Shown: positions 36,762-49,459 of the stretch, in pieces | How the letters are laid out: the number at the start of each line of letters is the position of its first letter | Position numbering within the stretch: the first letter of the stretch is position 1 | Notes under the pieces: generated by a model | What the model was told of the DNA's origin: nothing | Database searches by the model: none | Seen by the model: the letters and a program-made list of their open reading frames with translations, nothing else | Program-made: the position numbers and the translations under genes | Assembly: GCA_002269645.1 (NCBI GenBank) | Contig: NIVC01001066.1 | Location: 124,001 to 188,000 of the forward strand | DNA length: 64,000 nucleotides | Direction: 5' to 3' | From: Macrostomum lignano | Lineage: Eukaryota

Positions 36762-36863
36762 TTAAACAGCCATCCATTAGAGAAATATAAGCGTCTTCTC
36801 CAATGGCCTTTCAAATCCAGTAAAAAGACTTGAGCATGATATACTGCACATCTCATGCACTGA

Positions 36864-37112
<249 letters not shown>

Positions 37113-37149
37113 TGAGTGAGATGAAGCGCTTAGAGAACAAAGGAGTGCT

Positions 37150-37430
37150 GATGGAATGAGGGAGTGCTCAGGGAATACTTAGGAAAAGAGACAGTGCTCA
37201 AAGAATGCAGTGGAGTGCTCAGGGAATGCAGTGGAGTGCTCAGGAAATGTAGTGGAGTGCTCAGGGAATGTAGTGGAGTGCTCAGGGAATGCAGTGGAGT
37301 GCTCAGGGAATGCAGTGGAGTGCTCAGGGAATGCAGTGAAGTGCTCAGGGAATGTAGTGGAGTGCTCAGGGAATGAGGGAGTGCTCAAGGAATGCAATGG
37401 AGTGCTCAGGCAGTGACGCGAGAGTGCTCA
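37150..37430 (+). repeat. 21-bp repeat (GAGTGCTCAGGGAATGCAGTG)n
   Basis: Direct reading. Confidence 0.92.
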
Positions 37431-37924
37431 GACTGTTAGGGAGTAAGCCGGAGTGTCCTTCCGCCTCGGCACAAAAATACGCCCAGTTTATAGTCCCATG
37501 CTAAGTTGTTTTACACGAATCGTATCACTACGCTCGTATTATAGCTATCATATCCGATACTGTGGCACAGAAATGCATGCAGCAAAGACACTTGGTTATC
37601 CGTGCATCATGTGGTCTTGGTCATCATCCTCTTGGAGGATTATATTCCCTCAGTCATTGTGCATGTCTCCCTCGACAAGTAGAAGTCTAGAGTGACTGGG
37701 AGCGGATTAATCTGGGGACACAGCAGGGATGCAGTCTAATATTGATGGGATTTACTTGACGCCTGCAATATACCCACAGGCTGTAGCCGCAGTAACACGC
37801 AATGCACTGTTAATTGCTTCGCGCCGCTAGTATCGTATAGCTGCCCGACTTTACTGTCAGAGATCGCTTCCGGTGTCTCTCTGGCTGTCATCGTGGTTTC
37901 GAGTGTTGTCTGCTCTTGTTCAAT

Positions 37925-40223
37925 CTCTCACTCCCATCTATCCATTCCTCTCTCTTCGACTCCTATCTATCCCATTCCTCTCTCTTCGACTCCTATCTAT
38001 CCCATTCCTCTCTCTTCGACTCCTATCTATCCCATTCCTCTCTCTTCGACTCCTATCTATCCCATTCCTCTCTCTTCGACTCCTATCTATCCCATTCCTC
38101 TCTCTTCGACTCCTATCTATCCCATTCCTCTCTCTTCGACTCCTATCTATCCCATTCCTCTCTCTTCGACTCCTATCTATCCCATTCCTCTCTCTTCGAC
38201 TCCTATCTATCCCATTCCTCTCTCTCTCTCCCACTCTCATCTATCCCATTTCCCTCTCTCTCTCACTCCTATCTATCCCATTCCTCTCTCTTCGACTCCT
38301 ATCTATCCATTCCCCTCTCTCCCACTCCTATCTATCCCATTCCCCTCTCTCTCCCACTCCTATCTATCCATTCCCCTCTCTCTCCCACTCCTATCTATCC
38401 ATTCCTCTCTCTCCCACTCCCATCTATCCCATTCCCCTCTCTCTCCCACTCCTATCTATCCCATTCCCCTCTCTCTCCCACTCCTATCTATCCATTCCCC
38501 TCTCTCTCCCACTCCCATCTATCCCATTCCTCTCTCTCCCACTCCTATCTATCCATTCCCCTCTCTCTCCCACTCCCATCTATCCATTCCCCTCTCTCTC
38601 TCCCACTCCTATCTATCCCATTCCCCTCTCTCTCCCACTCCTATCTATCCATTCCCCTCTCTCTCCCACTCCTATCTATCCATTCCCCTCTCTCCCACTC
38701 CCATCTATCCATTCCCCTCTCTCTCCCACTCCTATCTATCCCATTCCTCTCTATCCCACTCCCATCTATCCCATTCTTCTCTCTCTCCCACTCCCATCTA
38801 TCCATTCCCCTCTCTCTCTCCCACTCCCATCTATCCCATTCTTCTCTCTCTCCCACTCCTATCTATCCATTCCCCTCTCTCCAACTCCTATCTATCCCAT
38901 TCCCCTCTCTCTCCCACTCCTATCTATCCATTCCCCTCTCTCTCCCACTCCTATCTATCCATTCCCCTCTCTCCCACTCCTATCTATCCCATTCCTCTCT
39001 CTCTCCCACTCCTATCTATCCCATTCCCCTCTCTCCCACTCCTATCTATCCATTCCCCTATCTCCCACTCCTATCTATCCCATTCCCCTCTCTCTCCCAC
39101 TCCTATCTATCCATTCCCCTCTCTCCCACTCCTATCTATCCCATTCCCCTCTCTCTCCTACTCCTATCTATCCATTCCCCTCTCTCTCCCACTCTTATCT
39201 ATCCATTCCCCTCTCTCTCCCACTCCTATCTATCCATTCCCCTCTCTCTCCCACTCCTGTCTATCCATTCCCCTCTCTCTCCCACTCCTATCTATCCATT
39301 CCCCTCTCTCTCCCACTCCTATCTATCCATTCCCCTCTCTCCCACTCCCATCTATCCATTCCCCTCTCTCCCACTCCCATCTATCCATTCCCCTCTCTCC
39401 CACTCCCATCTATCCATTCCCCTCTCTCCCACTCCTATCTATCCCATTCCCCTCTCTCCCACTCCTATCTATCCCATTCCCCTCTCTCTCCCACTCCTAT
39501 CTATCCATTCCCCTCTCTCTCCCACTCCTATCTATCCCATTCCCCTCTCTCTCCCACTCCTATCTATCCATTCCCCTCTCTCTCCCACTCCTATCTATCC
39601 CATTCCCCTCTCTCTCCCACTCCTATCTATCCATTCCCCTCTCTCTCCCACTCCTGTCTATCCCATTCCTCTCTCTCTCTCCCACTCCTATCTATCCCAT
39701 TCCTCTCTCTCCCACTCCCATCTATCCATTCCCCTCTCTCTCTCCCACTCCCATCTATCCCATTCCTCTCTCTCCCACTCCTGTCTATCCCATTCCTCTC
39801 TCTCTCTCCCACTCCTATCTATCCCATTCCTCTCTCTCCCACTCCTATCTATCCCATTCCTCTCTCTCCCACTCCTGTCTATCCCATTCCTCTCTCTCTC
39901 TCCCACTCCTATCTATCCCATTCCTCTCTCTCCCACTCCTATCTATCCCATTCCTCTCTCTCCCACTCCTATCTATCCCATTCCTCTCTCTCTCTCCCAC
40001 TCCTATCTATCCCATTCCCCTCTCTCTCTCCCACTCCCATCTATCCCATTCCTCTCTCTCCCACTCTATCTATCCCATTCCCCTCTCTCTCCTACTCCTA
40101 TCTATCCCATTCCCCTCTCTCTCCCACTCCTATCTATCCCATTCCCCTCTCTCTCCTACTCCTATCTATCCCATTCCCCTCTCTCTCCCACTCCTATCTA
40201 TCCCATTCCTCTCTCTCCCACTC
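37925..40223 (+). repeat. CT-rich ~30-bp minisatellite (perfect TCCTCTCTCTTCGACTCCTATCTATCCCAT block, then length-variable units)
   Basis: Direct reading; explains three ~800-aa spurious ORFs. Confidence 0.96.
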
Positions 40224-40571
40224 TTGTCAGAAACTCAGTCCGAGAGATTTGTTATTGCGTACAAGACTATGGCAGAGAGCGTTTTTATTAGAAAAAAATA
40301 ATTCTGACGTCTGCAGCCACTCAAAAGATGGGATATTTTACAACCTGTAGCTATTGAAGTTTTGAGTTTTCTTTTAACTTTAGTTCAGAGTTCCTTTAAG
40401 GTCAATAGGAATAAATTAGTATTTAATTCAATTTACCCATATGTTTGAGTTCATGTAAGCAAGACTTGATCCAACTCCAATTCAATTACCGCCCTATCTT
40501 TACTTTGTCTACTCCTGTCTCTGCATCTCTTGCACTTAATTTTATTTCATTATAAATTAGTTTGTCATACG

Positions 40572-41270
40572 AGAGGGAGACAGGGGAGAGTCAGAGGGGA
40601 GAGGGAGTCAGAGAGGAGAGGGAGACAGGGGGAGTCAGAGAGGAGAGGGAGTCAGAGAGGGGGTCAGAGAGGAGACGGAGACAGGGGGAGTCAGAGAGGA
40701 GAGGGAGTCAGAGAGGGGGTCAGAGAGGAGACGGAGACAGGGGGAGTCAGAGAGGAGAGGGAGTCAGAGGGGAGAGGGAGTGGGGAGAGGGAGTCAGAGA
40801 GGAGAGGGAGTCAGAGAGGAGAGGGAGTCAGAGAGGAGAGGGAGACAGGGGGAGTCAGAGAGGAGAGGGAGTCAGAGAGGGGGTCAGAGAGGAGACGGAG
40901 ACAGGGGGAGTCAGAGAGGAGAGGGAGTCAGAGGGGAGAGGGAGTGGGGAGAGGGAGTCAGAGAGGAGAGGGAGTCAGAGAGGAGAGGGAGTCAGAGAGG
41001 AGAGGGAGTCAGAGGGGAGAGGGAGTCAGAGAGGAGAGGGAGACAGGGGGAGTCAGAGGGGAGAGGGAGTCAGAGAGGAGAGGGAGTCAGAGGGGAGAGG
41101 GAGTCAGAAAGGAGAGGGAGTCAGAGGGGAGAGGGAGTCAGAGAGGAGAGGGAGACAGGGGGAGTCAGAGGGGAGAGGGAGTCAGAGAGGAGAGGGAGTG
41201 GGGAGAGGGAGTCAGAGGGGAGAGGGAGTCAGAGAGGAGAGGGAGACAGGGGGAGTCGGAGAGGAAAGGG
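40572..41270 (+). repeat. GA-rich composite minisatellite (GAGAGGGAGTCAGAGAG-type)
   Basis: Direct reading. Confidence 0.93.
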
Positions 41271-41694
41271 AGGCGCACTGATCGATAGCGCAGTGAGTTG
41301 TCGCATACGAGAGACAAGTTGTTGTTGTGTTTTATCATTATAAAAGAGACGGTGGAGTGCATTAGTCTTTCCTCTGTGGAGGCACGCAGCGAGGCGGCCG
41401 AGACGGAGAAGCCCCCCCCCCCCGAGGCTTCGATGTGGCAGCACACGTTCCCTGGAAACTGGAAACTGCATGGACAGAGACAAGGCTGCTGCTGCTGCTG
41501 GCCTAGACCGGGGAAGGGCTGCACAAGTGGAGAGACAAGGAGACCTTGCGCCAGAATCTGGAGATAGCAGCTCTCTTCTCCTTATTTCTAGACCTATGAG
41601 CTGGCTTTGATAGAATTTTTTATGAGCACACGCGGATGATGCGGCCTGGTATGCACCCTGCCAGTTGGAGTCGCCGACGGTGCAACAGGTAGCT

Positions 41695-41790
41695 CTGGGG
41701 TTGGCAAACTCCGGCCCGCGAAGCCTCTCTATCCGGCACTCGGGTCCTTTGAAACTTCACAATAGCAACCCGGCCCGCTCAAGGCTGGCG
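41695..41790 (+). mobile_element. Solo hAT/Charlie-like terminus remnant
   Basis: CTGGGGTTGGCAAACTCCGGCCCGCG resembles Charlie/MER58-type ends (CAGGGGTCGGCAAAC..GGCCCGCG); no matching other end found. Confidence 0.35.
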
Positions 41791-42653
41791 TCTCTTCTCA
41801 GTTTTTTGTCACCATAAAAATATAAATGAAAGAATCTGAAAATTTTTTAAAACTAGATACAACACTGCATAGAGTGCGTCTTATCGAGAATTATAATGGG
41901 AGGTTTGAGCTAACTCCTTGGCTAGCAGAGTGAACCAGAGAGCGAATCCAACTGCCAGCTCAAACTCAAGATGGAAAATAGGGCCCAGCAAGTGCTGCTT
42001 GCTTTTGCACTCTACACGGGCATAGCATTTGCTGCGATTAGGCTGAGCAACTGCCTGCGAGTAAAAAAACCTTATTGGCTCTTCTGCTCTGCCCCACTCT
42101 GTCATCAATCAATAAATTCAGCTCGCAACGCGGGCAAGTGCTCGAACGCTTGTTTCGCTCTTACCCGGGCCTCCCCTAGAAGAAGAAAAAATATGCCAGC
42201 AGATAGAAATAGAGACAGCAAGAGAAAAAATTTGTCATCTCTTTATCTCAGTGCCTCTATCTCAGTACAGGATTGGCATAACTTATTCGATCCTCTGGGA
42301 TCTTGCAGCGACACATTAAGCAACCCGGAGCCGCGCATTGATAAGGGAAGCGACGGAGCGTGGAGAGAGAGGAGAGAGAGATGGGTGACTGGGGAGCGCG
42401 CAACTGTAAATAAAAACGGTACGCAGACGCAATATACATCGGAATGAGTCGTAGACTCAAAAATGCAGAATGCAGCGAACAACGAGCGTAGGTCACAATG
42501 AAATCTCAAAACGAAACGAGATAAAAGCAACTAATAAAGCAGTAAAAATACAAGTAAAAATAGGGAAGAAAGTACATATATAGTTTAAGTCGGCAAACAA
42601 ATATACAGCATAGTTAAATTTGATTAGCAAATAATAAAAAATAACCAATTTTG

Positions 42654-42780
42654 CTCAAGCCGACTATGCGTGGCAAAGCAGTTCTCGCAGGCTCCTTTCC
42701 ATGGTGAAAGCTGGTAGAACCGGGGCCTCACAGTGGCGAACCGCGCAGTCTTTAACCTTGGCGGCCAGGTTACCGGACTC
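42654..42780 (-). pseudogene. Second, diverged Penelope-like element fragment (3' end of ORF)
   Basis: AAKVKDCAVRHCEAPVLPAFTMERSLRELLC...SRLE aligns to AAVKDRVARCCEAPVLPAYTKGRNLRQLLCPSRLE at 43541-43660, with a frameshift before SRLE. Confidence 0.8.
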
Positions 42781-42792
42781 TGAGCAATAATG

Positions 42793-42850
42793 GGGAGAGA
42801 GAGAGAGTGAGAGAGAGTGAGAGAGAGAGGGAGAGAGAGAGAGAGAGGAG
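42793..42850 (+). repeat. (GA)n microsatellite separating the two Penelope fragments
   Basis: Direct reading. Confidence 0.9.
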
Positions 42851-44357
42851 GGCGCCTCCAATCTCAGGCACGGACGCGGTACATGTAAAAAGGACAAACA
42901 AGTCAAGTTGATTTAAGTTGCCGATATTTCGAATTAGGTAAATTCTTCGTCAGGGCAAGTGAAAAGTAGCGACAAGTGGTGTTGTAAAAGTTATTAAATA
43001 GGCGGGTTAGAGGGGAGAGAGAGTAGACAGGTAGATAAAGAGCGTACGGTATGTACACTTGGTGTGAGTCGATAAAACACTATTAGAGTTGAAAATGCAA
43101 AATAAAAAACAGTGCACAAATAAAGTGAACCGCACGTGGGCTGCAGCGATCCTACACACGAAATAAATAATGGAGTGGTGCAACTGCACCGGTGTCTAAA
43201 AAGGGGAAAGAGTGACTCTAAGCACTTTACAAAATGGACCTCAATAAATAAAAAAGGTGAAAAGGCCCTTAAAAACTAAAAAGAGCAATTGTACGATAAG
43301 CAAAAGAGTAAAAGTAAAAAGTGTAATAAAAAAGTACAGGGTGTCAAGAAACAATAGAAATGTTGATGCAGAATAAATACTGAGAATATACAAAAGCTGT
43401 GCTTGGGCTAGCGATGAGAATAAAAAAATTCTAAGAAAAGAGCAATAAAAGGCTTGGTAGGTACCGGCACGGTCTGACAAAGGTAAGTAGTAGGGAAAGT
43501 GAAGTGAAAAATCAAAAGGAAAAAAAATTTAAAAAATTCAATCAGTGGTGGACTCCAGTCGACTGGGACAGAGCAGCTGCCGGAGGTTCCGCCCTTTGGT
43601 GTAGGCGGGCAGCACCGGGGCCTCGCAGCACCGGGCCACGCGGTCCTTCACCGCGGCCACCAGGGCGTCCGACCTCGCACAATGGGGCAGGATCAGTGGG
43701 ATGGCCGGGTTGTGCAGCGTGCCGGCAAGCTCGTTGACGCCGTGCGGGGTTCGAGTCTTTAACACCTCGATGAGCTTGGCCTCGTGGCGCTGCCGCCGCT
43801 CGTTCGCTCTGGGTCCCGTGCCGTCACGAGACCAGATGCCGGTGAAGGCGAAGTCCGCCAGACTGTGGCCATCACTGGTGAAATGGCGGGCCACCGGAGT
43901 GTCACGGGCGTGCCGGATGTCGCCTATGTGCGCCAGCATGCGGCCGCGGATGCTGTTGGCGGTCTCGCCTACGTAGACCGTTTGGTCGCACCGGCGGCAG
44001 AACACGGCGTAGACGGCGTTGGTGGCGTTGCAGTCGATCCGCTGACTGATGATGAGCTGGACTGTCGTGGCTCTGATCCGGGTCAGACAGAGGCGAACCT
44101 GGCGTGCGCCTGGCAGCACCTGCACAGCCGGGTCGGGTTGCATGGCAGAAAGCCGAATTCCCACCGTCTCGTCGGGTAAAAGCCCAGCTCCGTCAGCATC
44201 TCGTACTTGATCGTGCGCAGGAACCGCCGATTGTAGCCCTGGTGTTGCACCAGACTTGAAAACAGCCCGGTGCACGCTGCGTCGAAATCGGCCATCCGGG
44301 AACACCGCCGGGCGTATCTGAAGAGCTGGGACTTCACCATGCCCGGAACCACGCCCC

Positions 44358-44360
<3 letters not shown>
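42851..44360 (-). mobile_element. 5'-truncated Penelope-like retroelement: RT thumb remnant, GIY-YIG endonuclease and U-rich 3' UTR
   Basis: GMVKSQLFRYARRCS..DF...L...GY thumb motif; C-rich linker; VYAVFCRRCDQTVYVGET...R..AH...PVARHF...HS...R...E..LI..LKT.TPHGVN GIY-YIG; stop at 43538-43540; one frameshift near 44085. Confidence 0.9.
42918..42958 (-). ncRNA. Minimal type I hammerhead ribozyme in the Penelope 3' UTR
   Basis: Minus strand TTGCC-CTGACGA-A-GAATT tacct AATTC-GAAA-T-ATC-GGCAA: 5-bp stem I, complete core, 5-bp stem II, palindromic ATAT stem III, NUH = AUC. Confidence 0.8.
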
Positions 44361-44396
<36 letters not shown>

Positions 44397-44598
44397 GAGA
44401 GAGAGTTGGTGAGTGAGAGCGAGCGAGAGAGAGTGAGAGAGAGAGTTGGTGAGTGAGAGCGAGCGAGAGAGAGTGAGAGAGAGAGAGAGTGAGTGAGAGC
44501 GAGCGAGAGAGAGTGAGAGAGAGAGAGAGTTGGTGAGTGAGAGCGAGCGAGAGAGAGTGAGAGTGAGAGCGAGAGAGAGAGGTAGAGAAAGAGAGAGA
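44361..44598 (+). repeat. GA/GAGT composite microsatellite at the Penelope 5' truncation
   Basis: Direct reading. Confidence 0.92.
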
Positions 44599-45052
44599 TT
44601 TTGTACCTAACATTTGCGCAAAAAATTGAAAACTTTGACTACATTTTCTATCTTAGCTCGTAGTTCAATTTTTCAATCTATGGATTTATTCTACAGTTTT
44701 CAGAATCGGAGCTCTCCGCCTGAGGCGGAGAATTCTGAATCGTTGAATCTCCCTAACTCGTATGCAAGCCTAAGAGCGGGGCTGATCGACCAACAGGACG
44801 ATGCTGAAAATGAGTACGCGGGGAAATTTAAAGTGTCTCTCGGCCATCTCTCCGCTCCAGGATAGTGTCTGCGTGCAAAGCTCGCCTTTCGCTTTACCCA
44901 CCAAAGCCGGGAGAGGGGCTAAGCGAGGCTCTGATCCCCGTGTCCCAAGCCAGATCGAAGGTTCTTTCGAGTTAATAGATTGAAACGGCGGTCTCATTGA
45001 GCCACTGGGCTCGGGAATCGGGCAGATGGACAAGAATGCTGGAATGAGCGGG

Positions 45053-45325
45053 AGAGAGGAATGGGAGAAAGAGACAGATTGGGAGACAGAATGGGAGACA
45101 ATGGGAGACAATGGGAGACAGATTGGGAGACAGGATGGGAGACAATGGGAGACAATGGGAGACAGATTGGGAGACAGGATGGGAGACAATGGGAGACAAT
45201 GGGAGACAATGGGAGACAGATTGGGAGACAGGATGGGAGACAATGGGAGACAATGGGAGACAGATTGGGAGACAGGATGGGAGACAATGGGAGACAATGG
45301 GAGACAAATTGGGAGACAGATTGGG
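45053..45325 (+). repeat. Composite (GGGAGACAAT)-based repeat
   Basis: Direct reading. Confidence 0.92.
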
Positions 45326-46354
45326 ATACTGGGATAGCTTGTACAATGTAGCCAGGATATCCAGCTATCCTTGCTGGGGTGGTCTTCGATCCCGAGGCCG
45401 GGTAGCTACCGGGATTGTAGTTAGATGTAACGAAATTATTATACTCTTACTTCGTTTTTACTATTATAGCTATCGCCTAACTCAAACAGGCAATTACAGT
45501 GCAGTTCAGAGACTACTTGTGTAGGCATTAATTTATACGCTACTTGACCGTGGGAGTGCCAGTGTGCTAACTGTGGCTATATAGAAACTATATAGCGGAG
45601 AGGTCGGTCGAACGGAGATGGGGGGGGGTCAGAGCCGCAGCGTTAAAGGGCTCGGCCAGGAAACGGGAAGCAGTTCGTTTCCCCTCCTCCTCCAGCCCCC
45701 CCAACTGTCTTCTTTCTCTTTTCACTTTCGCTCTGTCTCTCCCCGTTTCTGTCTGTTGGTTCCTCTCTTGGGGTTTAGTGCAAAAGCTGTGGGTGTGCGG
45801 GAGAGGGAAAAGTACACTGGTATGCTCGCATTAAGCCAGCCAGAGGGTGACTTTTAAATCTTTGTTTGAGATTAAATATTCCGCAACATCTTCAGTATGA
45901 CTAGTGTCTTTTAAATATTCCATTTTTCTAGGCCCCCAAGAATGTCCTGTATCGAGCATAACTCAAAAATAAATCCTCACTGAGCGCATTTAACCAACTC
46001 GAGGCGCCTATAGCCATTAGCCACGCTTCCATTGCTCAGTAAATTGGATTTCTGCAATCACAGGCTCGAGTCCGGAGTGCCTGGCTGGGCTGGAGTCAAT
46101 AGCTACTCGGCATTCGTTGGTTATTTATATTTATTCCTTTTCTCTTGACGGCTCATTAGCTCGATGTCGTTTTGTGAATAATTGGATATTTTACAATACG
46201 CTCGTATAGTCTTATAGTCGCAAGGTATTGAGTTCCATGCCTGCAGGTAATACAGATTATTGCATGTTCTAGCAAATGAGACAATTCAATTCTTTATGCT
46301 TCAGTACTTTGTACAGATGTTTTGACGAGAAGACAGGGTTGTTGAGTCAACAAT

Positions 46355-47244
<890 letters not shown>

Positions 47245-48037
47245 ATGAACGGAAAAAGATAGTTGTTCTGAATGTTACTGAATGGTCCCGAACATTTATA
47301 TTTGCATCGCAGATCAGTTTATAGAAACATTTCTCATTTGAAATCGATTTTTAATCAGCTTTTTAATTTATAGCTCGTATTTATATCCACCCACTGCTTC
47401 CCTTCTTATTTGCTCTGTTTTATTCACCAGCGAAACTATGCTTCATATACTACTTATACTTTAATAACTCAAGATTTGTTATATTTGTCATTTTTAGACA
47501 AATTTAATTAACTTCTGAATGCAGCTGAGTATTTCTCTAGTCAATGGGTTTTCTCTTAACAATTTTTCCAGTTGCCATAGCAACTGTTCGTCAATGCGCT
47601 GTAACTGAAAGCATTCACTCATTAATTCTGACAGGCACTGCAGTCGTGTTTTCCCTCTTCATGCACGCCACCCAGCCTGCAATTCTCTCATGTAGAACTA
47701 GTTTATGTATCTCAAATATTTTCGCTTATATTAATTGAATTTTGCAAGCAGATAATTAGGAATATGAGTTTTTGTTTTATTATTGTCAAAATTTTATTGC
47801 TGCTCCTGCTGCTGCTATAGCTGCTACTGAGATAGGCCTATATCTCAATCTCACTATTCTATGCTGCTGACTACTCAGGCAGAGCAGACAGAAGTGCACA
47901 GTCTTGTCTGGCATGTGACCGGAATACTGATTTGCTCTCTCTGATTTTCACTCTCTTTCTCCGATCTCCCTGGCTCTCTCCCATTTCTCTGCCTCTGCAA
48001 CTTGCTAACTGCAGTCCTTTGTATTTCTGTGCGTCTC

Positions 48038-48832
48038 CATCTCCCTGTGCATCTCCCTGTGCATCTCCCTGTGCATCTCCCTGTGCATCTCCCTGTGCAT
48101 CTCCCTGTGCATCTCCCTGTACGTCTCCCTGTGCATCCCCCTGTGCGTCTCCCTGTGCATCTCCCTGTGCATCTCCCTGTGCATCTCCGTGTGAATCTCC
48201 CTGTGCATCTCCCTGTGCATCTCCCTGTGCATCTCCCTGTGCATCTCCGTGTGAATCTCCCTGTGCGTCCCCTGTGCGTCTCCCTGTGCATCCCCTGTGC
48301 ATCCCCTGCGCATCTCTGTGTGAATCTCCCTGTGCATCTCCCTGTGCATCTCCCTGTGCATCCCCCCTGTGCATCCCCTGTGCATCTCCCTGTGCGTCTC
48401 CCTGTGCATCTCCCTGTGCATCTCCCTGTGCATCTCCCTGTGCATCTCCCTGTGCATCTCCCTGTGCATCTCCCTGTGCATCTCCCTGTGCATCTCCCTG
48501 TGCATCTCCCTGTGCATCTCCCTGTGCATCTCCCTGTGCGTCTCCCTGTGCATCTCCCTGTGCATCTCCCTGTGCATCTCCCTGTGCATCTCCCTGTGCA
48601 TCTCCCTGTGCATCTCCCTGTGCATCTCCCTATGCATCTCCCTATGCATCTCCCTGTGCATCTCCCTGTGCATCCCCCCTGTGCATCCCCTGTGCATCTC
48701 CCTATGCATCTCCCTGTGCATCTCCCTGTACATCTCCCTGTACATCTCCCTGTACATCTCCCTGTACGTCTCCCTGTACATCTCCCTATGCATCTCCCTG
48801 TACGTCTCCCTGTGCATCTCCCTGTACGTCTT
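48038..48832 (+). repeat. 12-bp minisatellite (TGCATCTCCCTG)n
   Basis: Direct reading. Confidence 0.96.
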
Positions 48833-49459
48833 CATCTCTCCTCTCATTATGGAGACGCTATCTGCACCGTCTTCAACATCTAACAGTCCTTGATAAAAAA
48901 TATGAAATCGATTATGGTGAATGAATGCTGTTCTGCGTCCTTAATTCACTCTATGTACTAAACTGCCCGCTGTTTGTACACAATTCTGTAAAATATGCAG
49001 TTATTTATCGCATCCTTTATTGATTAACTTTACTCAGATTTAGTTTCATTGAGTCCAAATTGGTTGCGAGTCAATTAACAATTTTTTACTAGTCCTTTGT
49101 TCATTGCAGTTTACCTCTTTTGTTCATCTATCCTTTCGCTCCTCGGTTTTGCGAGGCTCATGCTGAGGCCGAGGCGGGACTTAAATTTCCCAGTGTCACC
49201 TTAGCTCTCAACTACATGCAAGAATCTGTGTACTTTACTTTGGTCCTTGTATTTGGTATTATAAAATTTTATATGTACTTTAAATAAATATTACGAAAAA
49301 CATTACGATTTTTAAAATATAAATATTATACATTTTGAAACAGAAACACTTGCGAGATTATCTAGTTAGTAATTCAATCTTTTTAGGCTATTGTTTAAAC
49401 AAAAATTGAAAAATCAAATTATTTGAAAATAATTTAAATCTACGACGCATAAGCAAATT

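Noticed and set aside
37873-40350. Three ~800-aa ORFs
   Set aside because: All three frames are open over a pyrimidine-rich repeat
46255-46270. TTATTGCATG resembling the end of a flatworm spliced leader
   Set aside because: Only ~10 nt of similarity, with no following donor or Sm site
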